From assembly GCA_013152435.1 (NCBI GenBank), contig JAADGJ010000037.1, forward strand, positions 14,408 to 78,407: a DNA stretch of 64,000 nt, in the 5' to 3' direction. The notes under the pieces are model-generated. The model saw nothing but the letters and a program-made list of their open reading frames with translations. It ran no database searches and was not told the DNA's origin. The position numbers and the translations under genes are program-made. This document shows, in pieces, positions 19,942 to 29,997 of the stretch (its first letter is position 1; the number at the start of each line of letters is the position of its first letter). The stretch is from Chloroflexota bacterium (GTDB lineage: Bacteria > Chloroflexota > Anaerolineae > DUEN01).

Positions 19942-20385
19942 TATCAAAAGGAATCGCAACCCCACAACACAGAGACCAGAAGGTTCGAGTAGTCTCCGGA
20001 AAAAGATCGCGACAAGGATCCTACACACGCAGAGAGCTTTACACGACGCGGTCCGCCCGCCGCAGAGCGGATCCGTCCTCGCTCAACGGAGAGACTACAG
20101 AAACCCGATCACGGATTTCGTAGAGGCGACTTCTGGCCCATGGCGGGCCGCTCTGGTCTCCCTCTCGAGAACCATCCACCCCGTGCAAACAAACGATATA
20201 TCCCCAGGAGGTTCCCATACGGGCCACTGGAAGCGCTCCCCCTTGCAAGGAGGTGATGCCTATCGCCCGACCGCCAGAGATGCGCGCTCACTCAGTCCAT
20301 GTGTCATGTCAACCGTTGATTTGGCCGCTCACGACGGCCGAATCGACCTCTCTCCCGTTCGTCGTGTAACTGAGGAGGAATCGAC

Positions 20386-22047
20386 ATGAAGAAGATCGTG
20401 TTGCTCGTTAGCATCCTCGTCATGGCCTCGATCCTGCTTTCCGCCTGTGCCGTACCCGCGGCCACCCCGGTTGTCGAAACCAAGGTCGTGGAAAAGGTGG
20501 TCACCCCCACGCCGCCGTCCAAGAAAGGCGGGACCTTCGTCACGAGCATCAACGGTGACCCCACATCCCTGAACGGCATCCTGGCCAATGATGGGGCCTC
20601 GCTGAGCGTGATCGGCCTGAACCAGAACCCGCTGATCCTGGGAGGGGAGAATTGGGGCACCATCGTGGCCGGCGATCTGGCCGAATCATGGGAGGTCTCG
20701 GAGGATGGCACGGAGTGGACCTTCCACCTGCGCAGGGACGTGAAATGGCACGACGGCGTCCCCTTCACGGCTGACGACGTGCTGTTCACCTTCCAGGCCC
20801 TCCAGGATCCTGATGTCCAGGCCGCCAGCTTCCGGGAGCGGTTCTTTGAGGGCGGAGAGCCCATCAAGTTCGAGAAGGTGGACGACTACACGGTCAAAGC
20901 GACCCTCAAACAGCCCATCGCCTCCTTCGCCACCAACATCACCGTGCCCATCATCCCCAAGCATATCCTGGAAGGCCAGGACATCAACACCGCCGAGTTC
21001 AACCAGAAGCCCATCGGCACGGGCCCCTTCAAGGTCGTCGAGTGGCGTTCGGGGGAATCCGTGGTTCTGGAGGCCAATCCCGATTTCTACCGGGGCGAGC
21101 CCTACCTGGATCGCTGGGTCATGCGCATCCTCCCCAGCTCCGACGCCGCCCTGGTAGCGCTACAGACGGGAGAGATCGACTTCGGCGAGATCTCCGGGAA
21201 GGACGTCCCCAAGTTCCTCAACAATCCCGATTTCCGGGTCTTCACCCGGACTCGCGACCTGTGCGATGTTCTCCTCTTCAACAACGCCCGCCCTTACTTC
21301 CAGGATAAGCGCGTGAAGCAGGCGTTGATGTACGCCCTGGACCGCCAGGCGCTGCTGGACACGGCGATGCTCGGGTATGGCACCCTGGCCGATTCGCCCT
21401 TCAACCAGCCGGTGTTCGTCTACCAGGAGGGCGATCTGCCTCAGTATGAATTCAACCCGGACAAGGCCAGGGAGCTGCTCAAGGAGGCCGGCTGGGAGGA
21501 TACCGACGGCGATGGCATCGTGGATAAGGACGGCGAGCCCTTCAAGATCGAGCTCGGCGTGTTCACCGTCGCCGCGATCCACCAGCGGATCGCCCCTCTG
21601 GTCCAGGCCTGGTGGCAGGACATCGGCCTGGATGTCACCATCAAGAACGTGGATGTCGCCTCGTTCTTCCAGGCAGCCTATAAGCCCGATATCGAGAAGC
21701 CCTTCGATGTGCAGTTCACGGTCTGGGGCCTCTTTGGAGCCGATCCCGACCACTACGCCGCCACCTATGCCCCGGAGAGACAGGAGTTGAGCTTCATCAA
21801 CTTCTACAACGAGGAGATCAAGCAACTCTTCGACGAGGGGCGGGTGACGCTGGACCTGGAGAAGCGAAAGCAGATCTACGAGAAGGCGGAGCGGCTGCTC
21901 TGGGATGAGTTGCCCGTCCTCCCGCTGTTCTACCGCCAGACGATCTACGTCGTCAACAATCGGGTGAACATCGACGAGGCGGAGCTGGATCCCGGCCGGC
22001 TGCCTCCGTTCCGATATCCGGAGAAGATCTACATTCAGAAGAAGTGA
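20386..22047 (+). CDS. ABC transporter substrate-binding lipoprotein, family 5 (peptide/nickel, DppA/OppA-like)
   Basis: 553 aa with signal and lipobox MKKIVLLVSILVMASILLSAC. The family 5 architecture is recognisable (WHDGVPFTADDV, NPDFYRGEPYLD). Confidence 0.85.
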   Translation: MKKIVLLVSILVMASILLSACAVPAATPVVETKVVEKVVTPTPPSKKGGTFVTSINGDPTSLNGILANDGASLSVIGLNQNPLILGGENWGTIVAGDLAESWEVSEDGTEWTFHLRRDVKWHDGVPFTADDVLFTFQALQDPDVQAASFRERFFEGGEPIKFEKVDDYTVKATLKQPIASFATNITVPIIPKHILEGQDINTAEFNQKPIGTGPFKVVEWRSGESVVLEANPDFYRGEPYLDRWVMRILPSSDAALVALQTGEIDFGEISGKDVPKFLNNPDFRVFTRTRDLCDVLLFNNARPYFQDKRVKQALMYALDRQALLDTAMLGYGTLADSPFNQPVFVYQEGDLPQYEFNPDKARELLKEAGWEDTDGDGIVDKDGEPFKIELGVFTVAAIHQRIAPLVQAWWQDIGLDVTIKNVDVASFFQAAYKPDIEKPFDVQFTVWGLFGADPDHYAATYAPERQELSFINFYNEEIKQLFDEGRVTLDLEKRKQIYEKAERLLWDELPVLPLFYRQTIYVVNNRVNIDEAELDPGRLPPFRYPEKIYIQKK

Positions 22048-22069
22048 TTACGATCGCGGCAGAGACGTA

Positions 22070-22098
22070 GCAGGGGCGAGTCTGGGGCTCGCCCCTGC
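22070..22098 (+). terminator. intra-operon hairpin (partial terminator/attenuator) after the SBP gene
   Basis: GCAGGGGCGAG-TCTGGGG-CTCGCCCCTGC, an 11-bp stem 22 nt after the stop. There is no T-tract. This placement is typical for boosting SBP:permease stoichiometry. Confidence 0.5.
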
Positions 22099-22197
22099 CT
22101 GCCGAGGAGGACAATACCTGTCGCAACGGCAGGCGCCGATGACTTTTCGCAGGACGCCAGCTCACGGCCTGGATAACCCACACCGCGGAGGTCCTGT

Positions 22198-23172
22198 ATG
22201 GGACGGTATCTCATCCGTCGCCTGGTGCAGATGATCCCTCTCCTGTTCGCCATTTCGATCTTATCCTTCCTGATCATGCATCTGGCCCCCGGCGATCCCA
22301 CGGCCATGTACATGGACCCGACGAAGGGAGCCGGGAACAACCCCGAGACACTGCAGCGGCTTCGGCGCCAGCTCGGGTTGGACCAACCGCTCTACGTCCA
22401 GTACTGGAAGTGGTTGACCAACACCCTGCGAGGTAACTGGGGGTATTCCTTCATCAATCGACAGCCGGTGCTGGACAACATCATGGCCCGCCTGCCCAAC
22501 ACCCTCCTCCTGGGCGGGGTGGCCATGACCATCGCGCTGCTGGCGGCCATCCCTATCGGCATCCTGTCGGCGTCCAGGCAGTACAGCCTGTTCGATTACA
22601 CGGTCACCGGCATCGCTTTCTTCGGCATCTCCGTGCCCCCCTTCTGGCTCGCACTCGTGCTCATGCAGGTGTTCGCCAATCACCTGGGGTGGCTGCCCGC
22701 CGTGGGCATGCGCTCGGTCCGGGAGCAGCTCAGCGGCTGGCCGGCCGTCGTGGACGTCATCAAGCACCTGATCATGCCCGCCACGGTGCTGGCAATGCCC
22801 TCACTGGCGGGTTGGATGCGCTATATGCGCTCCAGCCTGCTGGAGGTCATCGGAGCGGAGTACATCCGCACCGCCCGGGCCAAGGGGCTGAAGGAGCGGG
22901 CCGTGATCCTGCGCCACGCCCTCAAGAACGCGCTGATCCCCATGATCACCCTGCTGGGCCTCTCCCTGCCGGTGTTGGTGGGCGGCGCCTTCATCATCGA
23001 GACGGTCTTCGGCTGGCCGGGCATGGGCCGGCTGGGTGTGAACGCCATCCTGGCCCGGGATTACCCTCTCATCATGGGCGTCACCATGATGTCCTCGGTC
23101 CTGGTGATCCTGGGCAACCTGCTGGCCGATATCGTTTACGCGTGGGCAGATCCCAGGATCCGGTACCAGTAG
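22198..23172 (+). CDS. ABC transporter permease (DppB/OppB-like)
   Basis: 324 aa. N-terminal MGRYLIRRLVQMIPLLFAISILSFLIMHLAPGDP and an EAA-loop region YIRTARAKGLKERAVILRHALKNA. Confidence 0.9.
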   Translation: MGRYLIRRLVQMIPLLFAISILSFLIMHLAPGDPTAMYMDPTKGAGNNPETLQRLRRQLGLDQPLYVQYWKWLTNTLRGNWGYSFINRQPVLDNIMARLPNTLLLGGVAMTIALLAAIPIGILSASRQYSLFDYTVTGIAFFGISVPPFWLALVLMQVFANHLGWLPAVGMRSVREQLSGWPAVVDVIKHLIMPATVLAMPSLAGWMRYMRSSLLEVIGAEYIRTARAKGLKERAVILRHALKNALIPMITLLGLSLPVLVGGAFIIETVFGWPGMGRLGVNAILARDYPLIMGVTMMSSVLVILGNLLADIVYAWADPRIRYQ

Positions 23173-23180
23173 GGGGAACG

Positions 23181-24089
23181 ATGATCCCTGGCGCACGGAA
23201 GATGAGCTTCGCCGAGGATCGGCAGGCCATACGCAAGCCGGAGAGCCAGGCCGCCATGGTCTGGCGCCAATTCCGCCGTCACAAGCTGGCGCTGGCCAGC
23301 GCCTTCGTCTTGATCCTCCTGTTCCTGGTCGCCATCCTGGCCGACGTTATCGCCCCTTACGATCCCAATCAGGTCAATCCACAGCTGGCCCGGGGCTACC
23401 CTCAACCGCCCAGCGCCCAACACTGGCTGGGGACCGACGAGCTGGGGCGGGATTACCTGTCGCGGGCGATCTCGGGGGCGCGCATCTCCCTCTCCGTGGG
23501 GTTCGTGGCCGTCGGCATCTCCATCGTCATCGGCGTCTTCCTCGGATCGCTGGCCGGTTACCTCGGCGGCCGGGTGGACAACCTGATCATGCGCGTGGTG
23601 GACGTCTTCCTCTCGGTCCCGGCGTTCTTCCTGATCCTGACGGTAAATGCCTACCTGCCGCCCAGCATCTACAACGTGATGGTCGTCATCGGCCTGTTCA
23701 GCTGGATGGGGGTCGCCCGGCTGGTGCGGGGGCAATTCCTCGCCCTCAAGGAGACGGAGTTCATCACGGCGGCTCAGGCGGTGGGAGTGCCCGGCTGGCG
23801 GCTGATCACGCATCACCTGCTTCCCAACAGCATGGCGCCGGTCATCGTGGCCGCCACGCTGGCCATCCCCGCGGCGATCCTCACCGAGTCGGCGCTCAGC
23901 TTCCTGGGGCTGGGCGTGCAACCGCCGCAGGCCAGCTGGGGCAGCATGCTGGAGAGCGCACAGATATGGCTGACCGAGGCGTGGTGGATGTGGGTGCCAC
24001 CGGGCGTGCTGATCTCCATCACCGTGCTGGCGTTCAACTTCGTGGGCGACGGCCTGCGCGACGCGCTGGATCCATCCCTGCGCCGCTAA
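23181..24089 (+). CDS. ABC transporter permease (DppC/OppC-like)
   Basis: In-frame ATG at 23181 within track ORF 22689..24089. WRQFRRHKLALASAFVLILLFLVAILADVIAPYDPN and HWLGTDELGRDYLSR are typical OppC N-terminal motifs. No ATPase genes follow. Confidence 0.9.
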   Translation: MIPGARKMSFAEDRQAIRKPESQAAMVWRQFRRHKLALASAFVLILLFLVAILADVIAPYDPNQVNPQLARGYPQPPSAQHWLGTDELGRDYLSRAISGARISLSVGFVAVGISIVIGVFLGSLAGYLGGRVDNLIMRVVDVFLSVPAFFLILTVNAYLPPSIYNVMVVIGLFSWMGVARLVRGQFLALKETEFITAAQAVGVPGWRLITHHLLPNSMAPVIVAATLAIPAAILTESALSFLGLGVQPPQASWGSMLESAQIWLTEAWWMWVPPGVLISITVLAFNFVGDGLRDALDPSLRR

Positions 24090-24197
24090 GGACGCGCCAA
24101 GGGAGTACCTCTCCTGCCATGGCAGGGAGCGAGGCGGCAAAATGAGACGTCGTTCGTCCATCGTCGCATTTCCAGATCAAAGGACACGAGGATATAG

Positions 24198-25043
24198 ATG
24201 AGCGTAGAGGCTATCCTGCTGGGCGTCGCCCAAGACGGGGGCGTGCCCCACACAGGCTGTGAGTGCGCCCATTGCCGTCGGGCCTGGGAAGATCCGAGCT
24301 TCCGTCAGTGGGCGGCCTGCCTGGGCCTGGTGGATCGCGCCCATCGCCAAAGCTGGCTGATCGATGCCACGCCCAATTTCCCCGAGCAACTCCACGCCTT
24401 GCGCGAGTTCGTTCCCGACTGCCCCCTGGCCGGGATCCTGCTGACCCACGCGCATATCGGGCACTACGCCGGCTTGATCCACCTGGGTCGCGAGGTCATG
24501 GGCACGGAGGAGATGCCGGTTTACGCCACGCCGCGAATGGCCGAGTTTCTCCGCGACAACGCCCCCTGGTCCCAGCTGATCGCGCTGCGCAACATCGATC
24601 TTCGAATCCTCACGCCCGGCGAGGAAGCCCGGATCGGCCCGAACCTGCACGTCACCCCTCATCAGGTCCCCCATCGCGATGAGCTGAGCGACACGGTGGC
24701 GTTCGTCGTGCGCGGCCCCTCTCGACGGCTGTTCTACTGCCCTGACATCGACTCGTGGGATCGATGGGATCACGATCTGCGCGACTTCCTCACCGAGATG
24801 GACATCGCCCTGCTGGATGCGACCTTCTTCAGCGCGGATGAGCTCCCGGGCGTCGACATGAGCGTGGTCCCGCATCCTCCAGTCGTCGATACCGCCGACC
24901 GGGTGGCCGGGGTCGACTGCGATGTGTGGCTGATCCACCTCAACCATACGAACCCCCTATTGGCCCCCGGGCCGGAACGATCCTGGGTGTCCGAGCGAGG
25001 CCTCCATGTAGGGGCCGCGGGCGAGCATTGGCCCCTGGGATAG
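24198..25043 (+). CDS. PqqB-like metallo-beta-lactamase-fold protein
   Basis: 281 aa. LGVAQDGGVPHTGCECAHC, LLTHAHIGHYAGL and the HQVPHRDELSDTVAF pattern resemble PqqB-family MBL proteins. No other pqq genes are nearby. Confidence 0.7.
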   Translation: MSVEAILLGVAQDGGVPHTGCECAHCRRAWEDPSFRQWAACLGLVDRAHRQSWLIDATPNFPEQLHALREFVPDCPLAGILLTHAHIGHYAGLIHLGREVMGTEEMPVYATPRMAEFLRDNAPWSQLIALRNIDLRILTPGEEARIGPNLHVTPHQVPHRDELSDTVAFVVRGPSRRLFYCPDIDSWDRWDHDLRDFLTEMDIALLDATFFSADELPGVDMSVVPHPPVVDTADRVAGVDCDVWLIHLNHTNPLLAPGPERSWVSERGLHVGAAGEHWPLG

Positions 25044-25147
25044 GCCCCGCCGATCGTCTCTCCCCAGATCTCCCCACATAATGAGGAACATCATTGCCCG
25101 GCGCCCCCAAATGGGCGAAAAGAGAGTCAGAGGGGAGGGATCATCGG

Positions 25148-26410
25148 ATGACGCGTGACACAGCGAGGGGCATCCAGGAATGGGGACAGGCCCTGGTAGC
25201 GGGCGCCATCGCGGGCGCGATGGCCTGCCTCAGCTTCGTCGTGTTGATGCTCCTGTTCCTGCTTCTGGGCGGCGCGGTGCAATCCCTCAGCTTCGCACGC
25301 ACGGGCGCCATCGGCGGCCAGGTGCGGTCGATCACGGAGGTGCTCATCGCCGGATTGAGCGCCAGCCTGGCCAATGCGTGGCGATTCCTCTGGCAAGCCC
25401 GCATGGGAGCCGCGGCGTTGGCCGCGCTCGGCATCCTCTACGCGCTGACAGAGCGACTCGCATGGCGGCGGGGCTGGGTCTACCGCTGGAGCTATACCTT
25501 CGCCGCCTCGCTGTGGGCGGTGACAACCCTGGTGGTCACCGCCCAGCTGTGGCAGCGAGCCCAGGTGGCCGTCTGGGTCGTGGAACATCCGGGGGCCTTC
25601 TCCATCGCCCACCTGCTCCTCAGCAGCCTGGGAACGCTGTATCTGCTCGGGGTGGGGGCGGCACTGATCGTCGGATACTTCACCTGGGAGGCGTGGCGCT
25701 GGTGGTACATGCGCCTGTTCGCCCTCAGCCGGGCGGAGCGCCCCCGAGAGGCTCCACCCGGGCCCCAGCTGGATCAGGACGTGAGCTGGAGGGAATACAC
25801 CGACAGGTTGCATCGCCTCAAGCGGGATCAGCCCACCGGCGAAGGAGCCCTTTCCAGCGAAGCAACCCTCGTCGGCCGCGATGTGAGAGCGCTCCTCCTG
25901 TACGGCAGCGGCATGCTGCTGGCGATGGTGTCCCTGTGGTGGGCGACGACCGTCTATCAGGCGGTAGGCCCCCGGGTGTCACGAGCGACCGTGTGGGTGG
26001 AGCCGGAAGCCCCACACGGCGTCCTGCCCATTGCGATCGACAGAGCCGCCCACCGTGCGAACATCTCCAACATCCACGGCGAGGGCCGGGTGCGCGTGTG
26101 GCTGGCGAAGGATGCGGAAGGGACGCAGGCGGTCCGCTCCGGGCAACCGCTGATCCTGACAGACGATCCCAAACAGATCACCGACGCGACCATCGATCTG
26201 CAAGCGCTGCCCCCAGGCCGCTACTATCTGCACATGGAGCTAGAGGATCCCCAATCGGCCGGGGGACAATTGCGGCTGGCCGTTCTGTATGACAGCCTCC
26301 CCGCAACGCGGCCGGTCGCGCTATGGGCGGGAGCCTCCCTGGGCGCCATGCTGAGCCTGGGATTCCTGCTCGCCCGCGAGTGGCTGAGCAGTAGATCCTC
26401 CGCGCCCTAG
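25148..26410 (+). CDS. hypothetical membrane protein (N-terminal ~6 TM, central TM, beta-rich domain, C-terminal TM)
   Basis: Start placed at the ATG at 25148 after GGGGAGGG. Coding-like composition; no family recognised. Confidence 0.55.
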   Translation: MTRDTARGIQEWGQALVAGAIAGAMACLSFVVLMLLFLLLGGAVQSLSFARTGAIGGQVRSITEVLIAGLSASLANAWRFLWQARMGAAALAALGILYALTERLAWRRGWVYRWSYTFAASLWAVTTLVVTAQLWQRAQVAVWVVEHPGAFSIAHLLLSSLGTLYLLGVGAALIVGYFTWEAWRWWYMRLFALSRAERPREAPPGPQLDQDVSWREYTDRLHRLKRDQPTGEGALSSEATLVGRDVRALLLYGSGMLLAMVSLWWATTVYQAVGPRVSRATVWVEPEAPHGVLPIAIDRAAHRANISNIHGEGRVRVWLAKDAEGTQAVRSGQPLILTDDPKQITDATIDLQALPPGRYYLHMELEDPQSAGGQLRLAVLYDSLPATRPVALWAGASLGAMLSLGFLLAREWLSSRSSAP

Positions 26411-26544
26411 TTAGGGCGCGTGGGGCGTGTGGCTGCATACGAGGCGCCCTCCCGTTGGGCCACGACGACGTCGGCATCCCCTCCCACACCCCACATCCTC
26501 GTGCATCTCCCTGAAGAAATCGGCACGAAATACAGTATTATTTA

Positions 26545-26573
26545 TTTGTCATCCGAGACTTTCGATGGCATAA
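26545..26573 (+). promoter_or_regulatory. sigma70-type promoter TTGTCA-17-CATAAT with extended -10
   Basis: Read directly in a locally AT-richer stretch. It starts a ~455-nt leader before the S8 protease gene. Confidence 0.55.
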
Positions 26574-27036
26574 TGTGTTCGTACCATGACCCTGGTGTCC
26601 AGTAAACGACATCCATGAGCAAGAGGAGTTAGAAACCACTCCGCTGGGAGCATACCATGCCACCGCATGGGCAACCCGAGCTCGGGTCACTCGCTTCAGA
26701 TGCATTTCTCTGCCTCGACTCCTACCCAAGTCATCTACCCGGAGGATCGCTCGCACGGTATAATTGAGAGAGCGCGGTTTTACCTCTAGCACCGTCCCAG
26801 GAGTCCCATCACCGAACGCCTCGAACACACGCCCCCTGGACGGCACACCACGCGCATCATCCGATCATCGACAGCTCCGCACCTGCGCGTCAGGATAGGA
26901 CGCGCTAGATCCATGACCAGGACGAACGGGGCATGGGGGGCTCCCCCCATAAAGACCTTCACGAACCACCTACAAAGAGTATCTGACGTAACAGCTACAG
27001 CGGGTTTGCCGCCGCACTCTGAAAGGAGCATTTACG

Positions 27037-29808
27037 ATGAAAGTGCGAGTACTCCCCCAGCAGATCCTATCGGCTCTCAGCGTCATCGCGATCGTCAGCA
27101 TGATCGCGATCCTCCTGATGGCCCACGGAGGGGCTTCGGCATCCAGCCCTCCGCCGGGGGACGATGGGAACCTGCCCCAAATCGCCCTCCGTCATGCTTC
27201 CCGGTCTACCCAAACGTTCGTCCCTGGTCGGCTGTTGGTCAAATTCCGTCCGGACCTCCCCTTGGCCCGGCGGGAGGCACAACTGGCCGCCGAAGGGGTG
27301 GTCTTCCGCGAACACCTGGACCTGCTGGATGTCGAATTGGTGGATGTGCCGGTCGGGCGGGAGCTGGCCCTGGCCCGACAGCTGGAGAGCGATCCCACCG
27401 TCCTGTACGCGGAGCCCGATTACATCGCTCATGCCCTGACCACCGAGCCCAACGACACCTACTACGCCGACTATCAGTGGAACATGCCGCATATCGGGCT
27501 GGAGACGGCCTGGGATACCACCACCGGCTCGTCGAGCGTCATCATCGCCATCATCGATACGGGCGTAGACCTCACCCACCCCGATCTGTCCGACAAGCTG
27601 GTCTCCGGCTATGATTTCGTCAACGGCGATAGCGATCCCAGCGACGACGAGGGGCACGGCACCCATGTGGCCGGCATCGCCGCCGCGACGACGAACAACA
27701 GCCTCGGCGTGGCCGGCGTATCATGGGGCAGCAAGATCATGCCCATCAAGGTGCTGGACAGCAGCGGCAGCGGCACCTATTCCCAAATCGCTCAGGGCAT
27801 CCAGTGGGCGGCCAACAACGGGGCCAAAGTCCTCAATCTGAGCCTGGGCGGCACCTCGTCCAGCAGCACGCTGGAGGACGCGATCAACTACGCCTACAAC
27901 GCGGGCTGTATCCTGATCGCGGCCGCCGGCAACGAGTACGAGGACGGCAATCCGACGGTATATCCGGCCGCCCTGGACCATGTGATGGCCGTGGGCGCGG
28001 TGGGCGACCAGGACGAGCACGCCTACTACAGCAACACCGGATCCTATCTGGACGTGGCCGCGCCGGGTGGTAATCCCTCCAGCTCTTACGACTCGGACCC
28101 GAACCACTGGATCTCCAGCACCTACTGGCGAGGTAGCGGCTACAGCTACGCGATGGTCGTGGGCACTTCACAGGCCAGCCCGCACGTCGCGGGCCTGGCC
28201 GCGTTGATCTGGTCGGTCAACCCATCCCTGACCAACGACGAGGTGCAGTCCATCATCGAGACCACGGCGGTCGATCTGGGCACCGCGGGCTGGGATGAGA
28301 CGTACGGCTGGGGGCGGGTTGACGCCGCGGCGGCCGTATCCGCGGCCTCCAGCGGTACCCCCACTCCCACCTGGACGCCCACCCCTCCGCCCGGGGCCAC
28401 GGACACTCCCACACCGACGTACACGCCCACTCGAACGCCCACCCGGACGCCCACGGCTACTGCCACGCCCGTCCCCGGGGCGACCGACACACCCACCCCT
28501 ACATCGACGCCGACACGCACGCCGACACCCACCACCCCGCCCGACGCGACGGCGACCCCCACGCCGTTTGAAGGTCCACCCCAGGTCCCCCCTCGCCGAA
28601 ACAACATGCGGGTCAACCGGGACACCGGCTCCGCCGCGCAGTACAACCCCGCCATCGCCGCGGACTGGAAGGGGCGAGCCTCCGCCGTGTGGATGGATGC
28701 GACCCTGGGCGACGCGATCGTCTCCTACAGCTCCATGTTCCTCGGATTGCAGGGATGGCGCTTCCCTCTCCGAGCCGATGACGCGCCGGCGGCGGCCACG
28801 GTGATCGATCCAAAGGTGGCCCTATTCGGGCGCGATCACGTGGTAGCTGTATGGGCAGACGACCGGGACGGGGATATGGACATCTACGCGGCCAGGCTGC
28901 TCCCGGCGCCCAACGGCTGGGGGGCGGCCCAGCGGGTGAACGACGACCCCGGAGCCGCTCGCCAGGGCAAGCCGGCCGTCGCCATAGACAGCCACGGCAC
29001 AACCTACGTGGTCTGGGAGGACTGGCGCAGAGGAGAGGATCAAATAGAGCTCCGTTGGGCCAGACAGACCGCCGGCGGCTCCTGGACGCCCAGCCAGCCC
29101 GTGGGGCCGCAAGGCGCCAAGAACCAGCGAAACCCCGCGATAGCGGTGGATGGGCGAGGCAACGTCCACCTGGTCTGGGAAAGCCAGGACCCCGCCCACC
29201 CCGGGATCTACTGGGCCATATTGCGCCCCGGTAGCACCATCTGGCGGGGATTCCTGCTCGTGAACGACCCCCTGGCAGACGGCGTGCGGCCGCCCCGACA
29301 CCCGGACGTAGGCGTGGGCGGAAACGGCACCGTCTATGCCATCTGGCAGGATTTCCGCAACGGCGAGGACGACCCGGACATCTACGGGGCCCGGCTGCTC
29401 CCCGGCGGGGGCACCTGGGAGGCGGATCGACGGGTGAATCACGATCCGGTGGGCCATGTGCAACGGGATCCAGCCCTGGCCGTCACAGCCGATGGGATCG
29501 CCTTCGCCGTCTGGACGGACGAGCGCAACACGACGGAAGCGCAGCCGGATCCGGACATCTTCCTGGCCACCTACCTGCCGTGGCGGAACGAGTGGACCGG
29601 GGATCTCCGTATCAACGACGACCCGCCCGATCTGCCGGCGATACAGGAGGATCCCGACATCGCCGTGGACGGCCACGGGAACGGATATGTGGTCTGGGTG
29701 GATCACCGTCGGCCGGACACCGCCCCGGACATCTACTCGGCCTTCGTGCGGACCCGAGGAACGGAACGGATCTACTTGCCGATCCTTCTGCAGGAGACTT
29801 CCTCCTGA
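27037..29808 (+). CDS. secreted S8 (subtilisin-family) serine peptidase with I9-like propeptide, PT-rich linker and C-terminal 7-repeat propeller-like domain
   Basis: Signal peptide; propeptide ([10 protein letters not shown]...). Catalytic D (IAIIDTGVD), H (HGTHVAG) and S ([11 protein letters not shown]). RBS AAGGAG upstream. Confidence 0.9.
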   Translation: MKVRVLPQQILSALSVIAIVSMIAILLMAHGGASASSPPPGDDGNLPQIALRHASRSTQTFVPGRLLVKFRPDLPLARREAQLAAEGVVFREHLDLLDVELVDVPVGRELALARQLESDPTVLYAEPDYIAHALTTEPNDTYYADYQWNMPHIGLETAWDTTTGSSSVIIAIIDTGVDLTHPDLSDKLVSGYDFVNGDSDPSDDEGHGTHVAGIAAATTNNSLGVAGVSWGSKIMPIKVLDSSGSGTYSQIAQGIQWAANNGAKVLNLSLGGTSSSSTLEDAINYAYNAGCILIAAAGNEYEDGNPTVYPAALDHVMAVGAVGDQDEHAYYSNTGSYLDVAAPGGNPSSSYDSDPNHWISSTYWRGSGYSYAMVVGTSQASPHVAGLAALIWSVNPSLTNDEVQSIIETTAVDLGTAGWDETYGWGRVDAAAAVSAASSGTPTPTWTPTPPPGATDTPTPTYTPTRTPTRTPTATATPVPGATDTPTPTSTPTRTPTPTTPPDATATPTPFEGPPQVPPRRNNMRVNRDTGSAAQYNPAIAADWKGRASAVWMDATLGDAIVSYSSMFLGLQGWRFPLRADDAPAAATVIDPKVALFGRDHVVAVWADDRDGDMDIYAARLLPAPNGWGAAQRVNDDPGAARQGKPAVAIDSHGTTYVVWEDWRRGEDQIELRWARQTAGGSWTPSQPVGPQGAKNQRNPAIAVDGRGNVHLVWESQDPAHPGIYWAILRPGSTIWRGFLLVNDPLADGVRPPRHPDVGVGGNGTVYAIWQDFRNGEDDPDIYGARLLPGGGTWEADRRVNHDPVGHVQRDPALAVTADGIAFAVWTDERNTTEAQPDPDIFLATYLPWRNEWTGDLRINDDPPDLPAIQEDPDIAVDGHGNGYVVWVDHRRPDTAPDIYSAFVRTRGTERIYLPILLQETSS
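28390..28566 (+). repeat. imperfect tandem duplication (84-nt unit) encoding the Pro/Thr linker
   Basis: [28 protein letters not shown] is followed by [31 protein letters not shown]. Confidence 0.85.
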
Positions 29809-29860
29809 CGGGGGAAGCCCCTCGCCCTCCATGTCCCCGTTCCTCCGATCGCCTCTCCCC

Positions 29861-29902
29861 ACGACGTCCACCGTGGGGAGAGGCTTCCTTTTTGGATCGA
29901 CG
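29861..29902 (+). terminator. intrinsic terminator after S8 protease gene
   Basis: CCTCTCCCCACG-ACGTCCAC-CGTGGGGAGAGG, a 12-bp stem followed by CTTCCTTTTT. Confidence 0.8.
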
Positions 29903-29997
29903 ATTGGCAAGGCCCATCTCGGCTGGCGCCCCCGCCCCAGACATCGTATAATGCGAAGGCCCGCATCCCGACTACCGCAGAACGATGGGAGGAAGCC

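Noticed and set aside
19975-20000. tRNA-like GGTTCGAGT (T-loop-like) sequence in the ABC operon leader.
   Set aside because: The flanking bases do not form a T-stem, and no acceptor or anticodon arms can be drawn. No other tRNA-like cloverleaf was found in any intergenic region by eye.
19940-20385. T-box, glycine, ZTP, guanidine or c-di-GMP riboswitch in the long leaders (also 9790..9939, 26575..27036, 57890..58198).
   Set aside because: I could not find the diagnostic conserved cores (for example the T-box GGGTGGTACCGCG or the ykkC/ZTP/GEMM boxes). Only a weak GCCACTG-like hint for cobalamin is reported, as speculation.
24142-24201. A 19-codon ORF (MRRRSSIVAFPDQRTRGYR) whose TGA overlaps the ATG of the PqqB-like gene; considered as a possible PqqA-like precursor peptide.
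   Set aside because: It lacks the E-x3-Y motif of PqqA. No pqqC/D/E genes are nearby, and the PqqB-like gene has its own good RBS (GAGGA). This is probably coincidental.
29764-29808. C-terminal [12 protein letters not shown] of the S8 protease as an exosortase (PEP-CTERM-like) sorting signal.
   Set aside because: It has no PEP motif, no full TM helix and no basic cluster. It is kept only as a minor note within the protease finding.
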